From Negaprion brevirostris (Eukaryota), in contig JARDVH010000042.1 in the NCBI GenBank assembly GCA_030324005.1, positions 88,906,692 to 88,970,691 of the forward strand: 64,000 nucleotides of DNA, read 5' to 3'. The notes below the pieces were generated by a model, which was not told where the DNA came from, did not search any database, and saw nothing but the letters and a program-made list of their open reading frames with translations. The position numbers and the translations under genes were made by a program. Positions 63,300 through 64,000 of the stretch are shown piece after piece (the first letter of the stretch is position 1; each line of letters starts with the position of its first letter).

Positions 63300-63560
63300 G
63301 CAATATAGATAAATAGATAACCATTTTTGAGGGGACAGTATTGGGCAGGACTCCAGGAATAGTTTCCTTGCTTTTCTATGGGATCCACTACAACCACGAA
63401 AGAGCAGATGGGGCCTTGGTTTAATATTTAAAAAGCACTCATGACAATGTTGCACTCCCTCAGCACTGCATTCAAATATTAGCCTAGAATTTTGTGCAGA
63501 AGCCTCTGAAAGGGGATTTGAAAATGTAATCTTCTGATGTGTGGGTGACATTGATTTTAA
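63300..63560 (-). mobile_element. DeuSINE (SacSINE1-like)
   Basis: agcagatggggccttggtttaat...tgcactccctcagcactgca...agcctagaattttgtgc is the reverse complement of the Deu domain. Confidence 0.8.
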
Positions 63561-64000
63561 TGCAATGTGAGAGAATAGCCTTGTCCTTTGGGTGCTTGAT
63601 ATTTATTGCTATATTTATTGTGAAATTAAAAAGGTATCATTTGCCAATTCTGACTGACCTGTTGACAAGTAATTGCCTGTACCAGAATTCTGAGCCAAGC
63701 ATTGGATTCTTGTAATGTACTAGGTCCGTTTTTATTTAAGTCTTGTTTATACAGCAATAAATTCAAATGACAATTTAATTCAGTTTTGACATTAAAATAA
63801 TTAGAAATTATTCTAAATCAGATTTCTATTTGGTCTTGATTTTGGTGTTGCCTAGAATTGCTGATAGTTAGCAGCACTTATTAATCTAATTTAAATGTGT
63901 ATTGGTATTTTGTTCTGGTAGCTGTCCATCTTCCACTGATACTGCACGAAATGCTCCCGCACAATGAAAAACAGAAGCAGAGAATAAAGGCTTTCCCTGT

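Overview
Repeat-rich, AT-rich (roughly 40% GC) vertebrate genomic DNA with scaffold gaps. The repeat complement points to a cartilaginous fish (shark): HE1-like V-SINEs, SacSINE1-like DeuSINEs, CR1 LINEs and Penelope pseudo-LTRs. I found no confidently recognisable host protein-coding gene, so the window reads as intronic or intergenic. One weak exon candidate lies near 61.6 kb. Most of the structure is nested mobile DNA: many CR1 fragments, a solo LTR with a 4-bp TSD, two decayed Gypsy/Ty3 elements (one nearly full length, with both LTRs, PBS and PPT, inserted in a SINE), PIF/Harbinger transposase and Myb remnants plus MITEs, and L2 and Rex1 fragments. The most interesting signal is two families of Penelope-like pseudo-LTRs carrying minimal type I hammerhead ribozyme motifs. 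They often occur as small head-to-head foldback units with no coding sequence, and one hammerhead (20809-20843, minus) looks intact. All family assignments come from motif recognition by eye, not database searches, and most boundaries are approximate.
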